From positions 62,001 through 126,000 of the forward strand of contig NW_026869159.1 in the NCBI RefSeq assembly GCF_020745735.1: 64,000 nt of DNA, in the 5' to 3' direction. The notes beneath the pieces are model-generated. The model saw nothing but the letters and a program-made list of their open reading frames with translations. It was not told the DNA's origin and did not search any database. The DNA comes from Hemiscyllium ocellatum (lineage: Eukaryota). Position 1 is the first letter of the stretch. Every line of letters begins with the position of its first letter. Both the position numbers and the translations under genes were made by a program. This document shows positions 47,513 through 60,847 of this stretch, one piece after another.

Positions 47513-48730
47513 GGAGGACAGATGTTAGTTTTGGAGGTTGATAAGCTCTTTTGAGATAGTGACCACAATTCAGTTAGGGTTATTTTAGTGACGGAAAGTG
47601 ATAACAATTTACTGTATGGCAGGAGGCATAGCTGGTCGGAAGGCAATTATGAGGCGGTAAAGCAAGGTTTAGGATGCCTAGGACTAGGTAAGAAACTGAA
47701 GGGGGTGCGCACAACTGAAATGTGGAGCACGTTCAAGGAATAACTCTTGCGTGTCCTTGGCAATTATCTAACTAGGAGAAAGTGAGGACTGTAGGTGCTG
47801 GAGATCAGAGCTGAAAAACGTGCTGCTGGAAAAGCGAGCAGGTCAGGCAGCATCCAAGGAGCAGGACTCCTGAAGAAGGGCTTATGCCCGAAACGTCGAT
47901 TCTCCTGCTCCTTGGATGCTGCCTGACCTGCTGCACTTTTCCAGCAATATATTTTTCAGCTCTAATTATGCAACTGTCAGGCAGAGGGAAAATGGTTGAG
48001 TGACTGAACCGTGGTTTACGAAGGAAGTTGAACTTCTTTTCAAGAGGAAGAAGGAGGCTTATGGAAAGATGAGGCTTGAAGGCTCATCCCGAGCTCTTCA
48101 GAAATACATGTTAGCCAGGAAAGACCTAAACAGAGAGCTAAGAAGAGCCAGGAGGGAGCATGAAACGTCTTTGGACCAAGAAAGGCCATAACTCTTTCTA
48201 TAAGTATGTCAGAAATTAATGAATGACGAGACTAAAGTTAGGGCCAATCAAGGACAGGAGTAGTAAGTTATGTGTGGAGTCCAAAGTGATAGGAGAGACC
48301 TAAAATGAATATTTTTCGTCAGTATTTACACAGGAAAAAGACAATGCTGTCGAGGAGCGTACTAAGATATAGGCTATTAGACAAGACAGGGTTGAGATTC
48401 ATAAGGAGGATGTGTTAGCTATTCTGGAAGGTGCAAAAATCGCCAAATACCCTGGACTGGATGGGATTTATCCTAGCATTCGCTGGGAAGCTCGGGCGGA
48501 GATTTCAGAGACTGTAACTTTTATCTTTATGTCGTCATTATCGGCAGGATTCGTGCCAAAAGACGGGATAGTGGCAAATATTGTCCCCTTGTTCAATAAG
48601 AGAGTAGAGACAGCCCTGGAAATGACAGACCAGTGAGCCAACTTCGGTGTGGGCAAACTGCTGGAAATGATTATTAGAATAATGATTTATAATCATCCAG
48701 AAAGGAATAATTTGATCAGGGTTAGACCTA
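47513..48730 (+). mobile_element. Older CR1 LINE, continuation after the young insertion
   Basis: Resumes at GQMLVLEV...DSDHNSV, which directly continues the motif that stops at 43113. It is interrupted by an inverted repeat at about 47790-47962. Confidence 0.85.
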
Positions 48731-49339
48731 ATCGAGTTGTTCGATCAGGTGTAACATTGTTACCTTATTGAGAATTCTTGGTTCCGTGTCCGGTAGTTCT
48801 GCTGCTTTTAACTCTCTTAGCGTCCACCCAATTCTTCATCACAGGTTCCCTCCAAGTGAAAATGAACTATCATAATGAAAAGATGACTTTATTTTTTCTC
48901 TACTTTTTAAACACATGACGCTGACATACAGGGAAATTGAATATAAGTTTACCTTTACTTCATCCCATATACCCGTACATATATAACATTAATTAAAGAC
49001 AAATCTCATCTAAACTCCATCAGTTAAATCAATGATAACGCATCTTTGATGACATCCTTCTGAGCCGGATAATGGATGATTTTTTTATTTAAATGGCTGT
49101 TACATTCGACTCCAATGAATTAGTCTCAAATTCTAAACTTTAAAACGTTCTAAGTATGTAAGCAGATTGTGATCAGTGTACACAACTGACACCAGCACTT
49201 TGTTCGTGACACACACATCAAAATGTTGGAAAGACAGTAGCAAACTCAATAGCTCCGCCAGCTGTGCCATGTGATCTTTCCAGGACACACTAAAGATCTC
49301 TACATCGTCCAAATGGACTGCACAGTTCGTTAACTTAGT

Positions 49340-49612
49340 TTCCCTACAGTGTGGAAACAGGCTCTTCGGCCCAACCAGTCCACACCGACCCTCCATACAG
49401 TTACCCACCCGACCCATTCCCTCTGACTGATACACCAACCACTATGGGCAATTTAGCTTGGCCAGTTCACCTGACTGTGGGAGGAAACTGCATCACACCC
49501 ACGCAGACACAGGGAAAATGCGCAAACTCCGCGCAATTGCCCGAGGCTGGAATCCAACATTGGACCCTGATACTGTGGGGCAACAGTGCTAACCACTGAG
49601 CCACCATGCCGC
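49340..49612 (-). mobile_element. HE1-type tRNA-derived SINE inserted in the Gypsy RT
   Basis: Reverse strand begins GCGGCATGGTGGCTCAGTGGTTAGCACTG (A box) and ends with the CR1-like tail GGGCCGAAGAGCCTGTTTCCACACTGTAG. Confidence 0.85.
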
Positions 49613-51654
49613 TCCAACTCTCTTCATGAGTCTTTGGAATATGGCGGGCCCATTCTTCATTTCAAAGGGCGTTACTTTAAACTGATACAGCCCATTTCTG
49701 GTTGCAAATGCAGAAATTTCTTTCGCCATCTCTGGCAAAGCTACCTTCCAGTAATCATGCATTACGTCCAACTTGGTGACGTAACTGGCGTGTCCAAATT
49801 TCTCGATATAGTCCTCCAATCTAGGAATTGGATATGAGTCCGAATTTAAAATGGCATTGATCTTCTGATAATCCATGCAGAGGCTGTTGAGTCCCATCCG
49901 GATTGGGAACGAAAAAGATCAGTGAACCCCGTTCGATCTGGCTTGGTTCGATGATTACTTCATCAACTAAGACCTCTACCCCATTTTGGACCCGTCTGGC
50001 TTTGAAAGGATTAAGCCGGTAGAGGTGCTGTTTTATTTGAGCAGTGTTTCCTCTGTCTACTTCACGTACAATCGCATTAGTCCTCCTCATCTGATTCTAA
50101 CGTATGGCTGTGTCTTGCAGTAACAAATCTTTCAACTGAATTGTATGCTCCTGAGACAGATAGCTTACTAACGTACCCCACGCCCGAAGGACTTCATGTT
50201 TTAATCGATTTTGAAGCACTTCAAAACCCATATAGTCTGGATTTGATTTCTCCTTCTGTGGGGCAGTAACAAACACCTGTTTCTCCAATTCTTTCTCTCC
50301 AGGGTAATAGTGTTTAAACATGTTCACATGACATGTCCGATACATCTCTCTTTCTATCTGGCATCTTTACTAAACAGTTCGCCTGAGTCAAATTTTTCTC
50401 AATTTGAAAGGAACCACTAAACCTGGCTGTGAGGGAATCTCCTATCACTGGTCACAGTATTAATACGTTTTCCTCTCAGAAAAACTTTCGAGACTCAGAG
50501 CTTTTATTTGCCACCTGCTTCATTCTATACTGTGCCCTTTACAGGTGCTATTTACCCTATTCACCTAAACTCGATTTAATCTCTCCGTCAGCTCTGATAC
50601 ATAATCTAATTGTGAGATTTGCAATTTTGGTCCGGCAAAATTTTTACTTAATATATTCAAAGGGCCTCTCATTTCATGATCGAGTATTCACTCAAAGGGA
50701 GTAAACTGAGTAGATTCGTTCGGGGCATCTCTAATAGTAAACAATACCAATGGGATGCCTTTATCCCAATCGTTCGGATAATCCTGAAAGTATACTCTCA
50801 AAATGGTCTGTAAGGTCTGATCCCAACTTTCTAAAGCTCGCTGGGATTCAGGATGATACGCGTTGGGTTTAAAGTGCTGTATACCTAAGCTATCCATAAC
50901 CTCCTTCATGAGTCTGGCAGCAAACCTTGACCCTGGGTACAATTGAATCTCTCTGGGTAGACCATACCGTGTGAAGAAACCTACTAAGTCCTTCACTACT
51001 CTTTTTGCCTTCATATTCCATAATGCAATTGCCTCCAGAAATCTGGTAGACATATCTATTATGGTTAACAAGTACTGGTTCACACTTTGAGTACACGGGA
51101 GGGGACCTAGACAATCAATTATAGCCTGCATGAAGGATTCTTCAAATGGGGGAATTGGCAACAAAGTTGCTGGTTTTATTACCGTCTGTGACTTAAATAC
51201 CATTTGGCATGTTAGACACACGTGTCAAAAGTTAACCACATCCGTGTGCGTTCCAGTCCAATAACAATGCTTTTGTACATTAGCCTGTATTTTTCGAACC
51301 CCAGGTGACCGCGTACGGGTAGTTCATGTACTACGCGTAAAACCTCCTTTCTGAATTCAACTGACAACATAATATCATGCACTTTCGCCCATTTCCTCTC
51401 TGCACAAACCTGCCGTGATCTGTATTTCCATCTTCGGATTCTATCTTTCACACAATAATCTGGAATATTCTCGACCTGCTTGTCAGAGTATGCATCAATA
51501 TATACATCTTTTATTGTCTTGCCATGTTGTTACAAGTCTCTGAGTCTTTCAGGACTACACAGTTCCGTGTGTCCCTCTGCCAGTTCTGATAGATTTGCCT
51601 GCCCATTACGTCATAAGTGTATATGCGAACTGAACCTCAACTCCTTCATGATTT

Positions 51655-52030
51655 GTTTACAAAATTATGAAGGGTATAGATAGGATGGATACAGGTAAGC
51701 TTTTTTCCAGAGTGAATGATTCAATAACGAGAGGTCATGCTTCCAAGGTGAGAGGTGGAAAGTTTAAGGGGGATACACGTGGCAAGTACTTCACACAGAG
51801 GTTGGTGGGCGTTTGGAAAGCGTTGCCAGCAGAGGTGGCAGAGGCAGGCACGGTATATTCATTTAAGATGTGTCAGGACATATGTATGAGTAGCTGCGGA
51901 GCAGAGGGATACAAATCCTTGGGAATTGACCGATAGGTTTAGACAGTACATTTGGATCTGCTCAGGCTTGGAGGGTCGAAGGGCCTGTTCATGGGCTGTA
52001 AATTTTCTTTGTTCTTTGTTCCTTCATCAT
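51655..52030 (+). mobile_element. CR1 3' fragment inserted in the Gypsy remnant
   Basis: ORF 51667-51936 (TRGHASKVRGGKFKGDTRGKYFTQR) plus a CR1 3' UTR. Confidence 0.85.
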
Positions 52031-52994
52031 TCACTTTTGTTTTCACTTCGTGCTGTGACTTATGATAGTGGGATCTGGTTAACACGTAGTCTGAGAAAAT
52101 ACCAGGATATTTCTGTTTTAAGTCCTCAGTTTATTCGTCTTCCGTGGGCTTCTCCATAACAAGGCGTGTCCTCCTCCCATGGATCCTGCCAAATCATTCC
52201 CAAGAACAAACTGAAATCCTGGAACTCGCACGCTGTCAATCAATCCTACTGTAACTTCCCCAGACTTAAGTTGGCACTTCAACCTGACTTTACACAGGGT
52301 AACGCTACATTTATCTCCATCTATCACACAAATTAACACACTGTCAGGGAACAGAGCATAAAGAGGGCACATTCGCTCATTACTTACTATCAGAGACTGG
52401 TTTGATTCTGTAATTATCCTAATTCTAACTTCTTGTCCTTCTCCCCCTGTTCTTTCTGCGTAAATCTGAACACAGAGGCATATTCTTTGGAGAGATGAGG
52501 TACTACCTCCATACCCAGCCCCATCTAGATTGTGCACTCTCCTGTAGCTCCTCGGCTCGTCTTTGAGCCTCCTTTACTTCCTTGACTAATGCCACTGGCT
52601 TAGCTTATTTTGTGACATTTTTCCCACAACGCCTTTCTTTGATGACCAGCACTGTGTCTTTAGGTGTCCCACTTTACCACAGTGGAAACATATGAGGCCT
52701 TCCACCTCCTTACCACTCTCATGGGCTTTCTTTTTATCCTATGGTAAAAGCTTGCCAGTGCTCTGTACTCTTGGTTTAGTGGTGGAGGATCTCCCCTTTT
52801 CCCAACTTCTATTCCTCTCAGGACGAAGTTCTGGCCAGAGCTTGTCATATGCACTAATATGCTTTGCAGTTAAACTTTCCCGTTACCGGGCAACATCATT
52901 GAAAACCTTTCCTGCAACCTCTCCACTACGGCCTCATTTTTCTGGTAGTGTGGTGATCAAAACTTTATCAAGATTTCAGGTGTGGCCTTACTGA

Positions 52995-55700
52995 GGTTCC
53001 ATAACGGTGCAGCCTATCTTTCTATCCTTATATTCAATACCACTTCCAATGAAGACAAGCATACCATAGACCTTTTTTTTGCGACCTTATCTATCCGTAC
53101 TATCACCTTCAGTAATGTGTGGACCTGACATCCAGATCCCACAGCTTATCAAGATTCCTACAGGTTCTGCCATTTACTTTTTAAATTTCCACTTGTGTTG
53201 ATCTTTCAAACTCATCACTTTACAGCTGTCCAAACAAAACTCAATCTGCCTTTTTCCTGTCCATGCCTCCAAATGACTTATACCCTTCTATGTTCTATGA
53301 TAGCCTTCTTCACTATCCACAACTCCACTTGCCTTTGTATTGTCCTTAAACTTACTTGTTAGACCAGCCACGTTTCTTCCAAGTCATTTCGGTACACCGC
53401 GATCAGCAGAGGTCAGAGCACTGATCCATGTGCAAATCCACTAGCCACAAGTCTCCATTCCGAAAAGCATTATTCTGCCGCGACCCTCTGTTACCTATGA
53501 CTAAGCCTCTGCATCCACCTTGCCAACTCACCTGAATGCAAAATGACTTCACCTTTTGCACCAGCCTGCCATGAGGGACCTTGTGAAAAGCTTTACTTTA
53601 GTCAAAGTAGACAACATCCACTGCATTTCTCTCATTAGTCATCTTCACTACCTTCTCAAAAATTTCAAAGAATTTAGTGAGGCACAAACTCCACTGCACA
53701 AAGACGTGTTAGGTATCACCATTAAGTCCCATTGCTCATGAATACGCAAAGATCTTGAACCTGAAAATGCTTTCCAGTACTTTTCCTGCCACTGATGTGA
53801 GACTCTCAGGCCTGTAATTTCCTGAATTATCCCTGCTACTATGTTTAAACAATGGGACAACATTGTCTAGTCTGTAGTCTTCTGGGATCATACCTGTATC
53901 CAAAGAGCGTATAAGGATGTCTGTTAATGCACCAGCATATTATTCATTTTCCTCCTTGAATATTCTGAGATAAATCCCATCAGGTCCTGAGGACCTATCT
54001 TCGTAAATACTTTTTCAGGCACTCAATACCCTTGTTTTTTTAAAAAACATTTTGACATGCGCACTACCAAGAATCTTTCTATTGACCCAATATTCTGTTT
54101 TCCTGTTATTCTTCCCAAAGTGAGTCACGTCACATTAATCTGCTTTGAACACCATTTGACACCTTACAGCCCAATTCTGTAGTTTATCCAAGTCTCCTTG
54201 CAACCTGCAACATTCTTCCACACTACCCACCACTCCACTGACTTTTGTATCATCTGCAAACTTACTAACTCACCCACCTGTGCCTGCGTTCAATTCGTTT
54301 ATAAAATGGTCCAAAACAGATTCTTGTGGAATGCCACTAGTATGCCACCCGACTCCAAGCTGAACATTTTCCATGAACCACCACTCGTTGCCTTCTTACA
54401 GAAAGCCAGATTCCAATCCGAACTGCTAAATCACCTTCCTTCCAATGCCACCGCATTTTCTCCAATAGCCTATCATGTGGAAACTTATTACAAGCTTTAC
54501 TGAAGTCCATGTACAGTATGTCAACTGCCCTACCCTTATCCACATACTTGGTCACCTCCTGAAAAAAATTCTGTGAGGTATATGAGACACGACTTACCCT
54601 TGATGAATACATTTTTAGTATTGCCAGGAAAATTGTTGCTTGTAAGATAATCATAAATCCGAACTCTAATACTCCTTTTCAAACCTTTCCTTACAACAGA
54701 CATAAGGCTCGCTGGCCTATGACATGTCTACTACCCTTCTTGGGAAAGTGCACTACATTTGCAATCTTCCAGTCAGCTGGTACTAAACCTGTAGACAATG
54801 AGGACTGAAAGATCAGGCCAAAGGTTCCTCCATCTCTCTCCTAACGTCCCAGAAAATTCTCAGAGAAATCTCTTCAGGCCCAGCGGATATATTTAGGTTC
54901 ACACCCTTGAGAATGGATAACACCACCTCCTTACTAACCTCAATCCCTTCAAGTCTAATAGCCCCTATCTCCGTCTTCTCCTCGATAATATTCTCCCAGT
55001 TCTGATTGAAAACAGATGAGAAATGTTTATTTTAGTACCACTCTGATCTCCACAGAGTCCACACACAACATCCCACTTCTGTCTTTGACAGGCCGTATTC
55101 CTTACGCTTATACTTCTCACATTGAAGCATATGGATTTCAGCCCGCCGCCCCTGCTCTTTTCAGCAACGTTGCCTTACTGTTCTTGATCTTAGTCACATT
55201 TGCCATGGTTTCCCCATCTCCCTTATTTTGTCCATCTGCTGCTCTACACCTCTGGTACCTATTCCCTCGTCATACGATTTTAACTCCTCCTCAATTAATC
55301 TAACCTAGTACTCCCCCAAGCACATCAGTCCTGGTTCTGCCCAAGTGTAACCAGTTGAGTTTGTCCAGTCCCAAATACCCCAGGAACGCTCCCAATGCCC
55401 AGCGAATCTGATACCTTCCTGCTTACGCCTTCTTTTCAACCAGTGCTCATCCTATACATCCTGCTTTTCGATTCTGACCAGGTCATTACACTTGTAGTAA
55501 TCTTGAGATAAGTACATTCAAGGTACTGTATTTCAACTTTTTTCCTAGTTCTGTGCATTGTGATTTTTGGATCTCAGGCTAGTTCATTTTTCCTGTACTA
55601 TTCGTACCAAGGCGTACCATGACTACTGACTATTTTCTGTCCCCCTCCAGAATATCCTGCAACTGCCCTAAGCCAAACAGTCCATTGCTTCTGAACTGAC
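52995..55700 (-). mobile_element. CR1 ORF2 remnants (probably two nested copies)
   Basis: ORF 54337-54654 (EVTKYVDKGRAVDILYMDFSKA) and similar RT pieces at 53500-53900. Confidence 0.8.
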
Positions 55701-57411
55701 TAACAAAAATAATTCAGCTTTCAGAACTGACCATTACTCTTTCATTGTAGGTCACTTATAAAACATAAAAGCTTTGGCCTAAAGTCTCATCTGTTTACGT
55801 ACAAACAAAAATGCCCGCAATTCCCTTTTCATCTCTGTACGAAACCAATCGAGTTCAGAGCCCTGTTTTACAGTCCTTCTGAAAATAAATACAAGGAATC
55901 AGTAAACTTGAGAAAAAGAAGAGCTAAGAGAAAAAGAACTATCTTTGTGACACCATCCTTACTTGAAAAATATATCGCTGTTCATTCTCTGTCGATGGAT
56001 CTTGGAGAAAATCATGGATTTTGCTCCATGGCATTGTGGTTCAACCCACAGCCGGTGGACTGCAGCGGTTGAAGAAGACAGCTTATCACCACTTTCTCAA
56101 GGGCAACTCGAAATGTGCAATAAAGGCTGACCTGTCAGCGATGCCCACGTTTCACAAATGAATAAATAATAAAAAATATAAATAGTTATACAATCTAAGC
56201 AGAGAGTCCTCACAGTTTGGCAGCAGGACATTCTGCCCGTCTAATCTCTGTTGTACTTCACACCCAGATCTACCCTAACTCTGCATCTCCTACTGTTCAT
56301 TTTCCTTCCTGATCCATTTTTGGCGTGTGGGAGAATTCTAAATCACTTCCAGATATGCAGAGGGAAAATGTGTAAACTTCATACCACGTAGCCACAGTAA
56401 GAACATGACAAGAATGCTTCCTTAGAATTGATATTGCCCCACTCACAAATTGCTTATTTCTTGGCATTGTAAATTTCAAGCGATCTTGCCACGGTAAGGT
56501 GCAGTCATACTTGCAGAAGCAGTCTGTAACGTGGTCTTCTTGTGGGCTGTTTGAATTATCAAGGTGACTTGCCAGCTTGTTTACTTTTGCGTTATCTGTG
56601 GTACATTCACGTCAATCAGGATTTGTTTGGTCCGATGACATGTATCTGTGCTCTTTCACCATCGCCATTCAAATGTGGGAGACTTTACCACAATTCTTTT
56701 TTCTTTTCCTTTAGAACATTTGGTTACCTCGTATGTGCGCTGCTGGCAATGCTAGCATCTACCGCTAATAGTGCATGACAGCGTGGCGGCTAGCCATAGA
56801 TCTGATACACTGCAGGGCATCTGATGTAAAAGCAGCGGCTCCGTGTACAATGAGACACAGTAAAGTTCACTAATTACTTTTACAATAGATCTCATCCGTA
56901 AGTCCAGGAGCAACAACTTTTGATTTATTCATTGGAAATTCCGTTGTGGAATAAAGACTTAGTACAATGCAGGAGGAACATAGTCTGAAATCGGTGGATA
57001 TTGCACATGAATTTGAAATGCAGGGGCTCACCTGTTCACAGTGTTATCCGGGGAAGGAGACCATGTCTGTTATTTTGAGCTTCTCCATTGAACCGGAACT
57101 GGTGTGAGAATTTGAACAACGCATTTACTTATCAACACCACTAGATGTCAGTGTGAATCCATGCTAAATATTGAAGATGAGGGCTGTTGTAGGCGTGTAC
57201 TTCCAGACAATGTGAACGACTGTCAGGGTGAGAGGCTCGCTACAGAAACAAACACAGATTCAGTTTCTTCAGCAGCTCCAACAGGTTAAGCGTGAGTTAG
57301 ACGTGAACCGTGCATTGCTCCAGATATTTACTTGTATAAATGTAATAATTAAATACAGTTCCTCAAGGAAGCTCCATGGTCAATTAGTTTCATCACTGAT
57401 CTTGCAATCTG

Positions 57412-57748
57412 ATGATGTTCCAAGTTTGCGGAGTTGTCCTGCTGTTTTCTACTCTGATCTCCAAGGAGGTGACTGGAGAAAGTGAAGTGAAGCAACTTCC
57501 TACCTGGATGGTCGTTACTGAATTGGGAATTGTGTCCATGAATTGCTCGTTTGCCAGTACAGTTAGCACAGTGCGTTGGTACATTCAGCTCCCGAATCAT
57601 CCACCCGAGCATCTGGTGATGGCCAAAACAGAAGACAATCCATCTGAGAGGATCACTGCTTCAATCAGTACAGTGAATAAAGTCAGTATTCTGACTGTTA
57701 AGGACGCCAGACTTAATGACACCGCGACCTACCTCTGTGCAATGAGGA
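57412..57748 (+). CDS. TCR alpha/delta V segment, intact, with leader and V in one exon
   Basis: MMFQVCGVVLLFSTLISKEVTG-ESEVKQLP...SMNC...VRWYIQ...DTATYLCAMR in one uninterrupted frame with canonical C/W/C. Confidence 0.9.
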
Positions 57749-57787
57749 CACAGTGTCACAAACAGTGGGTGAGTCTGTACTATAACT
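57749..57787 (+). other. 23-RSS
   Basis: CACAGTG - 23 nt - ACTATAACT. Confidence 0.92.
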
Positions 57788-60700
57788 TGCATAGTGTCGG
57801 GAGTTCTGTTATGCTGGCTTTAAAGAATGAGTATTACTAATGGTGTGATTCATAATCAGATGTAAGGCAAATGAATGCAAATTACACTAGAAAGTATGGA
57901 GCAGCAACATTTAAAGATAGTCAGAATTAATGACAATTGGTTATGCAGATGGAGGTGAAGGAAGGATATATCTGGAAATCAGAAACATTAACGGGGAAAA
58001 TGGAAAGTGGAAGGATGCACTAGTAGTACTTGCAGAGTGCAGAATGGATTTTCACTGTTGAAGATGAAATGGAAGAAAGTATATAATAACAAGCATGATG
58101 CACAGAGGTTAACGATCAAAGTAAATCACAATTGAAGAAAATTTGAAAGAAATATGGTGTTAGCGTCACTGAATTTCTGACTCTCATCATCCTGGAGGTT
58201 ATAATGACCAAAACTGTACCCAACACATAAACACAATGGCTACAAGAGCAGGTCAGAGATGAGGAGCACTGCCGCCAGTAATGTCTGTCCTGACGGCATA
58301 AATCCTGCCACCATATGTATGACAGAATCAGGGGTGTGACAGAGTACTGTCTACTTTCCCAGAAGAGTGCAATCCGAACAATACCCAAGGAACTTTCTAA
58401 TCGAGGGGAAAGCAGGTAGGCTTAATTGACACTACATCCATGAACATTCACTTCCTCAGCCACCGTGGCTCAGTGTATTCCAACCACAAGATGCAATGCA
58501 GAAGGTTACCAGTGATCCTCGACGCAACCTTCCATATCCACGAAACCTTCCATCTAGAAAGCCAATAGCCAGGAGATATATGGGAACACCACCACCTTCA
58601 AGATTATTTCCAAGCCAGTAACCATCTTGATTTGGAAATATATTGACGTTCCTTCACCGTCACTTGGTCAAAAACAGATCATTCCCTTTCTCTGCATTGT
58701 AGGTCAATCAAGAATAGGTGAACTGCAGCAGTTCAAGAAGGCAACTCTCACGAACCTACACAAGGACAACGAAGGTCAGGTAATAAACGCTGGCCAGTCA
58801 GCGGTGCTTACATGTTACAAATTCATATAAAATTGTCAATACGTACACAATCTAAAGAAATAATCCCTGCATGTGGACGCACGCCATTTGTTCGTCAAGC
58901 CTCTGAAGGACGTCACCTCCAGACCTTGTATATCTAACTTATCTAACCAGCCCATTTTTGACTTTGGGAGGTAACCAGAAAACCCACAGGACGTCCGTGC
59001 TGACATCGGGAGAAGGTCCAAATGCCAAAATGACAGTTCAATGAGGCTGAAATCGAACCAGGGTCTTTGGTGCTATAAAGCAGGAATGCTTACCACTAAG
59101 TCACAATGCCATCATGATGAAAGCATTTGATGAAAATTCATGATTTGCTTTCGACCCACTCATAAATTGTTTCTTTCTCGTTGCGTCAAATTTCCTGCAG
59201 ATCTCGCCAGAGTCTTGTCTCGTCTCAGTCATTGTAACAGGCTGTAAGTTGGTTATCGTATCTACTCTTTGAATACTCATCGCCAATTGCCATCCCATTT
59301 ATTTTTGTATCATGTCTAACGACTTCAGTCAGGATTTGGAATTTACATTGGCATCTACCTCGGCTCTTTCACTACTTGCATTCAAATGAGGGAGACTTAG
59401 ACAGAATCTCTTATGTTTTCTTTGAGCAATACGTTAGCCTGGGAAAATCTGAGGCAATGTGGAGGTGAACCATGTGTTTGATCCACTGCAGTGCATTTGA
59501 TATCCATGCAGGAGCCATGTTTACGATGACACAAAGTAAAGTTAATGCAAGTCAGTTACAATGGACCTTACCAGCCAATGCATCAGAGGCAACATTCGAT
59601 TCTACTGTTGTATTCTTTCAAAAAATATTTGTTTAGTTATTTCGTCATTATTTTCTCAGAATCTCCCAAACACTCAGGTCCTGTGCAACAGCTGATGGGG
59701 CTGTCGAAGACCGAGAGCAGCTTTGTTAACTGGTGTTCCACGATTCTGGTACTCGAACAGCATGAGCTAATTTCATTTTCTGCGTTTGCTTACAGAAATA
59801 TTAATCGATATGGGACGTTTGGTTACATTTCTCTCCACGCCCTTGTTTGTAGATGAATAAATGTAATTTACACCTGAAATAACTGCACAGAGTCTGATAT
59901 TCCATCACCAGGCCACCCCTCATTTATATATGGACATTGCACTGGCCGTGGGAAACCAGTTTGGATTCTGTTCCTGAAATCAGGAGACTCAACATCTGCT
60001 GTTCAAACCAATTGCACAGAGCTCCGTCAATTTAACAACCCAAACGAAGGATCACATAGTCAACGAGATTTACCTGCTTCTAATCACTACCATTGGTGAA
60101 AAAAATTAGCAAAGAACTGCAGTTGCTGGAAATCCGATACAAAAGCAAACAACTGGAGAATCTCGCAGGTCTGGAAGCAACTGTGAAGAGAAAGCTGAGT
60201 GAACCTTTCGGGTCTAGCAACGCTTATTTAGAACTTTGTTGCTTTATCACATCAACCATAATATAAAGTTAGGTTCAAAAGAGCTTGAAGCTTATTGACT
60301 GAAATGGAGAATAAAGGACCCTGATGCTCATTGGCTTTCACAAGATGCCTTTCCAAAGATTGTCCAACGAGCAGAGATCCAGAAATTACACAATCTGAAT
60401 TACCCAACTCTTGACGTGAACCATTTTAGCTTCAGCCAATTCTGCTCCCATTCACCGTGAACTCTCCACAAATATATTGCCAGGAGCTCTGGGTTTACTC
60501 TTCACAGCTGCAGTTGTTATAACTAGTAGGTTGAACATTTGTCTATGTATGTGTTTCAGTTCTTTGCTGAGAATTGCATTTTATTCAAGCATTTTGCGCA
60601 ACATAGAAGCGACAATATATTCTCCCAAAAAAAAATGTATCTGAATTTGCCACAACAATGAGTAGAATTTGGGAGAAATTAGTGAATGCCCACGAGCGAA

Positions 60701-60847
60701 TGGCAGTGGAAGATTTTGGCTGGAAACCCAAACAGGACTAAGGCCATTCAGATGATTCGATCGAGGGGAGATTTTTTTTATTTCCACCAACAGTTTTCAT
60801 GTTCCCCAACAGGTTTCGCGAAATGAAATGGGAAATGATCACCCCAT

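Larger units (their letters stand above)
49130..52960 (-). mobile_element. Gypsy LTR-retrotransposon remnant with integrase upstream of RT (Gmr1-like order)
   Basis: Minus-strand order: gag/protease-like (52118-52960), integrase (HELPVRGHLG; IDCLGPLP..YLLTIID..TRFLEAI..YGLPREI, 50688-51451), then RT (CMDYQKINA..DSYPIPR..KVTPFEMKN, 49589-50090; AVHLDDV about 49300). Confidence 0.85.

Noticed and set aside
56460-56890. TGTACAATGAGA-CACAGTA resembling the CAMR-heptamer end of the V at 57412
   Set aside because: The nonamer-like ACAATAGAT is 19 nt away and no coherent V framework can be traced upstream.
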